Shown: positions 39,742 through 51,584, counted from the stretch's first letter. The stretch: 64,000 nucleotides of DNA from Mobula hypostoma (GCF_963921235.1 NC_086097.1:157668001-157732000), one strand, 5' to 3'. Numbers and translations are program-made. The notes: a model not told the origin generated them from the letters alone.

Positions 39742-40634
39742 GGTCAAGTTCAAGTTTAATTGTCCGTCAGCCATACATGAACACCCATGAATACAGGTTA
39801 CCCTGGGGCCAAAATGCAAAACACATACCAAAAGTCATTCACAGCACAAGGCACACATAGTATGTGTAAGACAGCAGTAAAATACAACCACACACACAAA
39901 AAATTCAGTACAAGTCCCTGAGTCCATGAATGTTGCAGCAATCTGCAGCTGAACACAGTATAACTTGTCATAAACAAAAGAAAATCTGCAGCTGCTGGAA
40001 ATCCAAGCAACACACACAGAATGCTGAAGGAACTCAGCAGGCCAGGCAGCATCTATGGAAAAGAGTACAGTCGACATTTCGGGCTGAGACCCTTCATCAG
40101 TATACATCTTCTTTGGCTAAGCAACCACTGCAGAGAAGCACTGACTCCAGCATGAACATTGTGCCACCCTGCCTCCAATGGAGCACACTGACTCTGATCC
40201 CTCTCTTCTGGATGGCTGCAAACAGGTGACATCACATTTTCTGAGGCCTAGCCCTTGCTATGATTGAGGCCACACAGCTCCCCCGCTGTTCACCAATAAA
40301 TCAGAGCATTGGACTTGCAGTATTCCACATTACCAGTGTCCCCCAGGGCCTTGCGGTCACAACAAAGGCAACTAAGACAATTATTCTCAGTTGGACTGCA
40401 CACCGCCTTCATGCACCAACACCTCCCTATGGGAGGCAGTAGCACAATCCGCACCAAATCCAGCTCCTTCAGTTTCTCTGCCAGCAAGCAACTTGCTGAT
40501 GGGGAACCTGCAGTACTTTAGGTTCTTAATGTCCAGTAGGGTTTTGTCATCATAAGAAATGTGTTTGAAAAATACAGTAACACCTTTGGTTGGCCCTATA
40601 TAAAGCACTGCATCTGAATGTGCTGCCATCTTAC
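39742..40634 (-). mobile_element. Non-coding LINE-dependent interspersed repeat with a Penelope-type insert (about 39972-40100)
   Basis: Minus-strand start gtaagatggcagc, tail gacaattaaacttgaacttga; internal aaaatctgcagctgctgg...cagtcgacatttcgggctgagacccttcatcag. Confidence 0.55.
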
Positions 40635-41819
40635 CAGTTTACATCTTACAGATGATAGAAAAATGATAAACACACAGACATGAGTCACAGTCTGTAGGTC
40701 TTTAGTACATTTATAAACTATTTGAGATTCATTCGCATAAAATGTCTGAGCAGACTCTTATGGTGGTGCAGAAGTCCTTCGGCAGTCAATACAATGAGGC
40801 TGTTGGGCCAGCTTCTGCACAGGCTGTTGCTAGAAATGGGCCTGTGGTTAGCTTTGTACTTTTTTTCCCCAAAATTTCACAGCTCCCTGATTTAAGACTG
40901 CTAAATAAGCTTATAAATAAAAACACAAATGGCCTTAATCATTGCCTTGTAAATTATATTTCCTAAATTGGGTGTTAGCAAATACAAGATGGTAATTGGT
41001 CAATTACATTCTATTTCCTGAGTAAGCCTTTTGTGAATTGCTCTTTGGATATTACAGATAGGAATTTCGGGGAAATAATTCCCAAGGTAAATGCCTGAAA
41101 TAAGAGATTTTAACAGCATTCCATTCCTTAAATAGCTGAGTCAAGGGACAAGGAGATAAATGTTTCGAGATGCTCACTCTCCTACTTCTGTAACTTTGCC
41201 AGACAGCCAGTAAATCTTTCACAGCTTCTCAAAAGTTCAACTACACTTCTGCTAAATCTACACTGAATGACCCCATCCTTACACACTGTAGGCATTTCCT
41301 GCAATGACTCCAGCAGAATTTACATAAGTGCTTACACAGCAGTGATCATGATTCCTTGCAGTATTTTGCCACCCCTAAGATAAGTCCTTTCACCCAATCA
41401 TTTAATGAAAGTTACATATGTATAAAACTGTGGCGTGTACATTAAGGTAGTTCATGACTTTCAATTTATTGGGCCACAATACCTACATTTCCTGCCCACA
41501 TTTGCAATGGTACCATGGAAGCCAAGGAAGGAGAGATCACATACCAGCATACACAGAAACATACACTCCCTTGGAGCTACAGTACTTAAATAGTCAAAAT
41601 GAAAGGACTTTTTTCATTCATTATTGTATTAACAATCCAAGGAGTGTGGAAGTAATTTAGGACAGTGCAACTTAAAGACAATACCTACTAATACAATACC
41701 CAGAAAATGGATGTTCAGAATATTTTTGCTGCGTTCTGAACAGCCTATATGGAAGTCAAATCAATGTAGCTAATTAATCCAAGCCTTCCCTGGTAACACT
41801 CCCCAACTCTTCTGCACTA

Positions 41820-42705
41820 CATTGGTGGCTGCATTGTTGTTGCTTCACACAACCATGCTGTGCTTGTCAATTTTGTCTCCAACTTCTAGCCTGCTCTTAA
41901 ATTCACTTGCTCCATTTCTGACACCTCCCTCTCCTTTCCATGCACCCACCACTTTTTGTGTAAAAAATCCTAGCTCTGACATCCCCCTAAACTTTCCTCC
42001 CATCACCTTAAAATGATGTCCTCTTGTATAAGCCATTTCTATGCTGGGGGAAAGGCACTGGCTGTCCACTCTAATGAGGCCTCATATCATCCTATACACA
42101 TCTGTCACATCACCTCTCATCCTCCTTCACTCCAAAGAGAAAATCCCTAGTTCGCTCAACCTTTCCTCATATGACACGCTCTACTCTGCATCCTCTCTAA
42201 AGCTTCCACATCATTCCTAGAGTGAGGAGACCAGAACTGGACAAAAGACAGCAAGTGTGGTCTGACCAGAGTTTTATATACATAACTGCACGTGCCTCTT
42301 GCGCTCAGTTCCCTGATTAACAAAGGCAAACACACCACACATCCTCTTAACCAGCCCATCAACTTGTGCGGCAACTTTGAGGGACAAATGGATATGGGTC
42401 TCAAGATCCCTCTGTTCCTCCACAGAACTAAGAATCCTCTCATTCTAATCTTGTTTTACAGCTGCGCGGACCAACCATTGCTCTGAGCAGGAATTTTTTA
42501 CCGGCCTGAAAACTGCGTGACACGTTATATAAAAGAAAATTCTAGCTGCACAGAAAGAAAGGCTATGTGGAAGGGAGCATTTTAGTTACTGTGCAGCCAT
42601 GTACCTCTGCAGCTAAGAGGAAAGAGTGCTCCTGTATTCTGCCTTCAAGTTCAACCTCTCAAAGTGGATCACTTCACAATGTTCCAACTGAACCCCATCT
42701 GCCAT
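41820..42705 (-). mobile_element. Degraded CR1 LINE fragments
   Basis: ORFs YKTLVRPHLLSFVQFWSPH; TRGHHFKVMGGKFRG..FFTQKVVGAW; LEHCEVIHFERLNLKAEY; interrupted at about 42430-42630. Confidence 0.8.
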
Positions 42706-42709
42706 GTCT

Positions 42710-43500
42710 GTGACAGATGGTGGCGAGGAGGCACACAGGAGTGAGATATACCGGCTGATTGGTTCAAACAACACCCAGCATTGAATGTCAGAAAGAGCAA
42801 GGAATTGATTGTGGACTTCAGGAACAGGAAGCAAAGGGACCACACAAGTCCTCATCAAGGGGTCAGCGGTGCAAAGAGTGAGCAATCTCAAGTTCCTGGT
42901 CGTCAACATCTCTGAAGATCTATCCTGGGCCCAACATATTGATGCAATTATAAAGAAGGCACATCAGCAGCTATATTTCATGAGGGGTTTTAGGAGATTC
43001 AGTATGTCACCAAATACTCGCAAATCTCTTCAGATGTACAGTGGAGAACATTCTAACTGGTTGCATCACCATCTGGTACGGAGAGGTGACCGCAGAGTAT
43101 CAGAAAAAGCTTCAAAGCATAGTAAATTCAGCCAGCTCCATCATGGACACCAGCCTCAGAAAGGTGGCACCCATCATTAAGGACCCCCACCACACAGGAC
43201 ATGCCCTCTTCTCATTGCTGCCCTCAGAGGGGAGGGACAAGAGACTGAAGACACACACTCAGCATTCTAGGAACAGCTTCTTCCCCTCCGCTATTGGATT
43301 TCACATTTCTGAATGGTCAATGAACACAACCACACTATCTTTGCAACACACATCAAAGTTGCTGGTGAACGCAGCAGGCCAGGCAGCATCTCTAGGAAGA
43401 GGTACAGTCGACGTTTCAGGCCGAGACCCTTCGTCAGGTCTGCCTATCTTTGCTCTCTTTTTGTACTACATATGTGTATATATACTGTATATATATTTCT
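42710..43500 (+). mobile_element. Rex1/Babar 3' portion
   Basis: VQRVSNLKFLVVNISEDLSWAQHIDAIIKKAHQQLYF; ENILTGCITIWYG; IIKDPHHTGHALFSLLPS; RNSFFPSAI. Confidence 0.85.
43345..43443 (-). mobile_element. Penelope-type terminal fragment with a near-intact minimal type I hammerhead, 10-bp TSD
   Basis: TSD ctatctttgc (43335-43344, 43444-43453); minus strand CAGAC-CUGACGA-AGGGUCUCGGCCU-GAAAC-GUC-GACUG. Confidence 0.82.
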
Positions 43501-43555
43501 AGTTACCAAGACACTCTTGTGTCCCCTTCTAGCTCTCCTTATCCTATACCTTATG

Positions 43556-45081
43556 ACAAGCATGTGAAGAAGTGGCTTGGAGTACCGAGCAGCCTCACCA
43601 ATGTTGCAATCCACAGTAGCCAGACAAAGCTTACCATCCCAGTGCAATCCCTTGTTGAGGAGGTCAAGGTTGCCAAAGTAAGATCATTCTTGATGCTTTG
43701 AGACTCAAAAGACCCTGTCATCAAGAGCACCCAGCCGGATGTGAGATCAGGCAGGAAGTGGTCAGCCCATGTAGCAGTTGATGAGGCAGAGTCTAGATTG
43801 AAGCACAAGGAGATGGTTGGAATTATCCAGCTAGGCCGCCAGGGACTTAGATGGACAACCTACAAGTGGTGGTCATCTTCTACAGGTAAGGAGCGCCGTG
43901 AGCTTGTAACACAAGAAATACGAGAGGTAGAAGAGAGAAGAGGTTAGCTAAAACAGCTGGCCTGACCAAACAAGGGGTTTGGACTTGGTGGGAATGTGTT
44001 GAACAGCAACATCTATCTTGGAATGTTCTCTGGCAGATGGAAACGTTCCGCATCTCTTTTCTATGCAGAGCAGCGTACGATCTGCTCCCAACACCTGCCA
44101 ACCTCATCACCTGGTATGAAGATAAGCCAGACAGGTGTGCTGCTTGTGGCGAGAAGGGAACACTTCAACATATCTTGAATGCGTGCAGAGTCAATCTTTC
44201 CAGCGGCATGTACACTTGGAGACATAACAACATTCTCTAAGTTGTAACAGAAGCAGCTGAGCAGAGAGTACTGCAGCACAACTTATCTCATGCCCCATGC
44301 TGCACGAAACATCGCATATCATTTGTGAAAGAAGGCTCCAAGTCAAGGGTGTACAGCGCAGGCTCACAATCAAGCATACTTTCTTCAGCCAATGATTGGT
44401 GTGTCAAGGCTGACCTGGACGGGAAAGGCAGTTTCCTGGAGCAAATAGCTTTCACAACATTGCGTCCAGATATAATCGTATGGTCTGACACCAGTAGAGA
44501 AGTGGTTATTGGTGAACTCACAGTCCCCTGGGAAGACAACGTTGATGAAGCCCATGAGCGCAAGTTAACCAAGTATGCATAATTAAGATCAGAGTGCAAA
44601 GACAGAGTGTGGAAGGTCTCATGCTATCCATTCAAAGTAGGTTGCCGTGGGTTTATTTCGTTCACTTTCCAGAAGTGGCTGCGTGACCTTGGCTTCACTA
44701 GAAGGGAGATCAAGTCAACCAGCAGGCCTGTAGCTGAGGCAGCAGAGAAAGGATCAGCATGGGTGTGGACCAAGTATGTCCAGAGGGGCAGATAGTCAGA
44801 CAGTGTATACATATCTTGTAAACCCTTCAGTAGTTGCATAGACACCTGAAGAGCAGACTATCTGTTGGATGGAAGTGACCAACAACTCTGATAGAGGCAA
44901 ATGCCAAGTTTTTAAGCTCACCAGTGGGAGGTGATGCTTTAGCACTGCTGGCCCACCACCTCGAGGGAGTCTTGATCATAAGCTGGCCGAAACTCATGAA
45001 GACAGGTGGCAGATCAACTGATGATCCCACTGGTGATAGTACAGGACAGTTAACATCTTAGTCCAACTGTATTTTGAACTC
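43556..45081 (+). mobile_element. 5'-truncated HERO-clade non-LTR retrotransposon (restriction-like endonuclease type)
   Basis: Frameshifted ORF: KKWLGVPSSLTNVAIH...GRKWSAHVAV.EAESRLKHKE..G; CCHC knuckle CAACGEKGTLQHILNAC; YTWRHNNIL; PD-(D/E)xK nuclease LRPDIIVWS....VIGELTVPWE...EAHERKLTKY; VGCRGF; stop at 44795; 3' UTR; 9-bp TSD taccttatg (43547-43555, 45082-45090). Confidence 0.9.
44956..45031 (+). ncRNA. Putative non-circularly permuted (pseudoknotted) hammerhead ribozyme in the HERO 3' UTR
   Basis: GAGU-C (44967-44971) pairs with GAA-ACUC (44989-44995); UUGAUC (44972-44977) pairs with GAUCAA (45012-45017), which directly precedes CUGAUGA (45018-45024); weak stem II UGG/CCA; outer helix CCACCU/AGGUGG. 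Confidence 0.6.
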
Positions 45082-46975
45082 TACCTTATGGCTATCTTAT
45101 ATCTCTCAAGAGCCCTATCAGATCCTGGCTTCCTAAACCTTAAGGACATTTCTATCTTTCTCTTGGCTAAATATTCCATTTCTCAAGTTTCCTTCACCTG
45201 GCAGGTCTTAATTTCTTAACATTTCTTCACATAAAAATTCTGAAAATGATCAGTCAAGGATGCATTAATGGAGGTCTATAGGGAAAGGATGCATCAATGT
45301 TGCACAACATTGTAACCTTGTAATGTCTGATGAAGTCAGACTTGATATTTTGTTTAGTTTGGGTCACCCTATTATAGCACTGGAATGAGTGCAGAAAGCT
45401 TTACAGTCGATGTTGCCAAGACTTGAGGAACTGAGTTATATGGAGAGGTAAGACAGGCTGGGCTTTCACTCCATGGGGCATAGGGGACTGTGGAGTAATA
45501 ACATAGAGGATTGTAAAATTGTGAAGGGCCTGGATAGGGTGAACCGTCTTTTCAAAGATCAAATTTATTATCAAAATATGAATATCATATACAACCTTGA
45601 GAGTCAACTTCTTGCGGGCACTCAAAACAAGGAAACACAATAGAATTTATTAAAAACACACCCACACACACAAGACCACCACATATCCCATTTACAAAAG
45701 AGGACAAATCATGTGAATAATTCAAAAAAAAGTAAACAAAAACACATGGAGTTCACAGCTGCCGAGTCCATTCAGTGCTTAGGCAAGTGGTGCTTGTCCA
45801 GGAGCCTAAAGGCTGCAGAGCAACAATTGCTCTTGAACCTGGTGGAGTGGGACTCTAGACTCCCTGCACCTCCTGCCCAAAGTTGTAACGAGAAGAGAGG
45901 AAGACCAGTCAAATGCAGGCAGACATCGTTGAACACCTCTTCATTTTAGACTCTCGTCCGCAATGATTTTAATCTTTTTTTTTCCCAGGGGTGGGAAAAT
46001 TGAAAACTAGAGGATATAGTTTTTATATTAGAGTTGAAAGGTTTAATAATCTGAGGGGGAAAATTGTCAACATCCATCCACACAACAAGTTGATGAACAT
46101 TTCCAGGCCTTTCCACAGAATAAGTAAGAAAGACAGAGAAGCAAAGCACGACAACTTCCGCAAAAATTTATTTCTAGATGTACAGCAAATGGTGTCCTGT
46201 TTAACACTAACATTGGAAAGGGACTTTCCTTTATCAAATTGCTTTTTGATGATAAGAAGGAAGTTGCAGAAAATTTACTTAGGAGTTGCAAACAGTAATC
46301 TATGCCCAAGAACAGCATGGTCTCCAAAAGGAACATACGATAGACCTGCCAACAACTATGGTTGTCCTTGATAAAAGAAACAGAGGGGAAAAAAACTGCT
46401 CCCAAAATGCCCTTTTTGGATCATTACTGTTAATTGTATCAATCGTGTAAATGCAGTTGGTGTGTACCAGTACTAAAGGCATGAAAAGATGGTATGTCAC
46501 AGAATCGGGTGCTCTGGCCTCAGTTTATCACAGATAATGTAAATGTCCATGATGGAGGTACTGAAGATATGAAGAAATTAAATACTGAAGTATTTGCATT
46601 ACGATCAGAACGACCAAGATCTTATTAAATGAATGAACAGACTGAAGAAACTGAGTGGCTGATTGCTGCTCCTAATTCATATTTTTTATATTGATATTGT
46701 CTCAGATCCTGTTGAAGGACTGGAGAGGCAAATCTCTCATGCAAAATCTCAGCAAGTCTGAACTCCACCAATGATCAATATGGGCCCAGCCACAAGGTGA
46801 ATTGATGCACTCAGCCTTCCAAACCTAATAATGTTCCTCAGGTATCCTCATTTGATAGTATATGTAGAAGTCTGGGACTTAAATTAGTTTATTTTGGAAC
46901 TGATGGCAAAAGCAAGATCTGCATATCATTGCTATCCATTGTAAAAATAATGCAAGTCACATATACTACCCCATA

Positions 46976-47062
46976 TTCAAACACTTAAGAGCTGAGATGG
47001 AGGTTCCTTCTATTACACTGTAGAAGTACCAGACAATTTTCTCAGCTCTTTAAGTGTTTGAA
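46976..47062. repeat. Inverted repeat forming an ~87-nt hairpin
   Basis: ttcaaacacttaagagctgaga (46976-46997) versus tctcagctctttaagtgtttgaa (47040-47062): 22 bp with one bulge; inner cttcta/tagaag stem. Confidence 0.85.
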
Positions 47063-47299
47063 ATATAAAGATATATTTGAATTAGCCAGATAAGGAATCT
47101 GACTGAGTCACTAACCAGGGTTATAACAGCAGAGTGCTCAAGTAACTGAAATAGCATCTAAAGGCCTGAGATGTTAGTCCGAGAGATCAGTTAAAGTCCC
47201 ACAATGATGGCTAGGAAATTTAAACTCAAACTTTCTTTGTTTACTCACACCATGGGAATGTCTTCTGCAAAACTATAATCTTCAATCACTAATTGTATT

Positions 47300-48654
47300 T
47301 GAATGGCGGAGGTCGTTAGAAGTTAATCACATTGTCTGGAGCTAAAGTGAGACAGAGTCCAGGCGATGGGGCTTAGTCCCGAGAGCGAGGAGTGAGCTGT
47401 TATTTGACTGATTTAAGTGCCAGGCCAGATTGGAATGTTCAGGTATAGGCAGAATTGAGACGACAGGGCCCAGACCCGAGGATGTATCAAAGTGACAGGG
47501 CCCAGACCTGAGAATGTATCAAAGTGACAGGGCCCAGGCCTAAGAGTGAAGAACAAGCTGATGTTTGATCAATCTAAGCACTGGGCCCAAATAAAAAGGT
47601 CAGGATGTCAGGGCCGGTGTTCAGCTTGCTGCTCAGTGAAGGCTGATTTATACTTCTGTGTAGTAGCCTACGCCGTAGCCTAAGCAAGTGGCCTACGCCG
47701 TTGTTAGCATTTATACTTGTGCGTTGGTGTGTCTGCGTCGCTCTGCAATTCACCGCGAAAACGCAAGTTGGTGGTGGGGTTTCTATGCGACCGTGTTGAA
47801 ACACAACATGAAGAAACTCAAACTTCAAACAATGGCGACTAAAACTGAAGGAGGGTGAATTTTCTGTGCTTGTCCAGCCACTGAGAGACATGGACGAGTA
47901 AATGCATTTCAAATATTTTCGGATGTCGGCAGGTAGATTTGACGATTTGGTTCATCGTCTCCAACCATTTATTTCGCATCAGTACGCACAGTATACTCAG
48001 AGACTAGCAATCACCATTCGAGTTTTAGCTTCAGGTGGAGTCAACAGGCTGTAGCAGCTAGCTACAAACTGGCATCAAGTGCAGGGTCCTCCATAATTTT
48101 AGAGGTCTGTAAAGCTTTATGGAAAGCATTGCAGCCAGAGTTCCTTCCCTGCCCTTCAATCGCCCAATGGGAAGCTATTGCAGCGTAGGAGGAAATGCGA
48201 TGCTACCAAGCAGACCAATCACAGTTGTTGCAGTCTGCATCGCCGCGACGCGTAGTGACATTTTTGGGGAGGTGCACGTCAGGCTACGGCATAGAGTACG
48301 TGGCTACGCCGTACCTACAGCGTCAATTTGACGCAGAAGTATGAATTGGTCTTGAGGTTTACTCTTTTTTGCACTGAACTAAGGCTGTGGCCTGCAACAA
48401 ACGGGCTCCAGCACCAGCTGTTGTGATGACTGGCTTCATGACTGTGAACACACTTTTGTTAACTTTAGTTCTGAATGTTATTTGCTTACTTTTTATTGTT
48501 TGCATGATTTGTTCTTTTTTTTTGCTCATTGGTGACAATCTTTTTTAATGGGTTCTGTTGGGTTTCTTGCTTTAGTGGCTGCCTGTAAGGAGACAAATCT
48601 CAAGGCTGTATATAGTACACCCACTTTGATAATAAACGCACTTTGAACTTTGAA
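47300..48654 (+). mobile_element. Non-coding interspersed repeat with a Rex1-type 3' tail, interrupted by the Harbinger element
   Basis: Starts aatggcgg; internal ~32-bp tandem gacagggcccagacc.gag.atgtatcaaagt; ends aatctcaaggctgtata...gataataaacgcactttgaactttgaa, like the Rex1 tail at 11110-11173. Confidence 0.6.
47640..48352 (+). mobile_element. PIF/Harbinger DNA transposon, internally deleted non-autonomous copy
   Basis: TIRs AGGCTGATTTATACTTCTGTGT and (rc) AGACCAATTCATACTTCTGCGT, 17/22 identical; 3-bp TSD TGA (47637-39, 48353-55); transposase relic [40 protein letters not shown] and [12 protein letters not shown]...[16 protein letters not shown]. Confidence 0.88.
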
Positions 48655-48949
48655 GTGCACAGTAGGTAATCAGTCATTATCTGAAAGATATATTAATACT
48701 TTGGATGAACTTTTTATCAGTATCTTGACACAACGTTCTGTTTCACTTGCAACCATTTTGTTTCCAGAGGCTGATCCACTTTGATAATAGTGAAACACAG
48801 GTTATTCTGTCCCCAAAGAATATTAGTGAATCGTATTAGTCTTTACAACAATATGGCAGACTCATGATTACGATTGTTGAGACAAGCATTTAAATTTCTG
48901 ATTTATTTAATTAAACTTAAATTCCCCTGTTGCTATGGTGAGATAGTAT

Positions 48950-49995
48950 ATTAGCAGGGATAAAGAACTGAAAGCAGGGAGTTGGGATGCAATGTTATTC
49001 ATGTTATGCTGCAAATAGTAGATGCCACAGGGATCAGTAGTGGGATCTCAACCATATAGTTTGTATTAAGTGAGGGACTGAGTACATTGTAGCTGAATTT
49101 GGTAGCTAGGTGGGAAAGCAAACTGTGCAAAGCAAGGGAAAAGGCTATAAAGGGAATATAGATAAGTGAGGGAGTAAAATGTGTTGGATAAAATATTATA
49201 TGTAGAAATTAGGTAATGTAATTTGGTGAAAAATAAAGAAAGTAAAACGTTTAAATGTAAAAGAACTAGAGAGTACCAATGTAGAGAAGGTTCTGAGTAT
49301 TCTTATACCTGGAACAGAATATATCAGCAAATCAGCTATAAAAGTAATTTTGGGAGGCAAATGGACTGAGGGCCTTCAGTAAAAGGAGGATCAAGCACAA
49401 AAGTAGGGAATGACATGCCATTTGTACAGGGTATTCGTCAGATACTGCCTGTATTTTTGCCACATTTGTGATTGTCTTATTTAAAGATGGATATGCTTAT
49501 ATTGGAGGCAAATCACAGAAGGTTCACTTAGCTGAATTACGGTATGATGGGGTTGCGACATACAGAAAGGTTTGGTGGGTGGTGTATATTCATTAGGGTT
49601 TTGAATAATGGGAGCCAATCTGATTAAAACATAAAATTCTGAAGAGTCTTGACATGCTAGACGTTAAGGGAATGTCTTCCCCTACACCTCCACCCCAGGG
49701 GGTAAGCTAGAACAAAGAGGCATCATTTCAGTATACAAGGCCAGTAATTTGAGATGAAGATGAGGAAATATCTCTTCTCTCAGGGGTCCTGTTTCTTTGG
49801 AATTTTGTGCTCAGAGGATTGTGGAAAGTGAATTATTGAATATATTCAAGGACAAGGTAGATTTTTGGTCCGGAGGGACGGAGAAATGGGGATTAGACAG
49901 GAAGTGGAGCAGAGACCAGGATCAGATCTGTCATTATCTTACCGAAGAGGACTGAGACTCTGCATGACTTCCTCCTGTTCCTATTACTTATGTTC
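48950..49995 (+). mobile_element. Old, degraded CR1 LINE
   Basis: gccacagggatcagtagtgggatctcaac (PQGSV.GP), aggcaaatgga.., tttgagatgaagatgaggaaatatctcttctctcaggg, and a cctgttcctattacttatgttc tail. Confidence 0.65.
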
Positions 49996-51584
49996 AAAGT
50001 GTGTAACAGCTAATGGAGCATAAATCACTGATACATCTGATGAAAAGATATATCAAGATGTTACATCTATAAACAACGATCCGACAAAACGACCAGACAC
50101 TCTGCTTTCAATGATGTTAGTTTTAACATTGGAAATAAATGAAGCATAAGATTAAACATTGATGACATGGTGTATGTTTACATTTCAAATCACAAGTAAC
50201 AGATTGCCAGGATGGGACACAGCATTCAAATTCTGAATGGAAAATTCTGAAGCAGAATCGTTATGACTAAAGAGGGGCCATTTGGTCATTAAATCCATTT
50301 TTGCTTGAGTTAATCATGTCTTTTCTGTAGTTTTTTTTTACTTCTCAATTAAAGAGTTGGTTGCGTTATAGATTTATGAGAGTTCCGTCCACATTGCTTC
50401 TCAACATCATTCCAGTTTATTTTTGTTTCTGATTTGTGGAAGTTTTGTAGCTACCAGGCAGGTTAGTGAATAACTGCAAGTATTGTGGCATCCAGTCACA
50501 TAAACAGAAGGTCAGGGTTCATTCCCAGATCAATGTTAGACCAAATGATTCATTTCTCAAAAGACACAGAGCTCACAGAGGCATCATGCTGGAATTCAAC
50601 TTCAGGGCTGCTGGTCTTCTTAGGGACCTTTACTAAACATGTTTTACCATTTGTATGCATACAGTTTTTCAGTCCGGTGTCTCTTGCATAATATTGATAT
50701 TGTGAAAAACATCAGAACAGCCTTCTTTGAAATCACATGGCTATAAATATTTGGAGTAACTCTGCATGAAAAGTGGCGTCAAGCAGCGGCGTGCAGCAGG
50801 ATGTCAGCAGGAAACTTCTGCTTCTCTGTGACAAGTATGTCAGTGGGCAATGAATGCAGGCATCGAACAATTGATTTTATCAAACTATTATCCCTTCAAA
50901 ATTTTCTAACACTTAAACATTTTGCTTTAAGGAAGAATAAATGAGTAGAAATGCCTTAGTAGGTATAAGTTATGATTGATCAACTCATTCTGATTTCTGA
51001 AATAGATGCAGTCAACATAGCTGATGGGAGTCTCCTTAAGGTTAGAACACTGTGCACATAATGAACTATTACCAACAGAGCCTGAGAGACTGAAATCCCC
51101 AGCATTTCCATTAGTATGCAGCCAGCTACTGATCTGAATGGACTAGGACATACTAGTTCTGCCAACACACTGAACAGAACAGTCGGTTGTATTAAATGTC
51201 TTTTATGTAATCCTTTTTACGTCACATGATAGCTTCCAAATAAACAAAATAGCGGTGTGAAGTTTCAATAGAAAACTCTAATTCTATTCAATAGAACGAG
51301 AGAAGAACACGGGATCACAGATGACAGCTTTGTACGCAATCTTTCTAGAACTAAGAATCCATGCTTTCCTACTGGCTCTTATTTCAAGTCTACACTAACA
51401 TGCGGGACAAGGTATCTGTTTTCCAGTAGAACTAAAGTATGATGAATTTCTGGCAATTCATTTTCATTTTGTTAAACATTCTAAAATTTTTAAAGAAAAA
51501 TTATGGTTTGGAACCAAACATCACCAACAGGTGATTCTGGAAGTACTGAATAAACATTAAAAATGATAATTTTGTGAATTTTTG

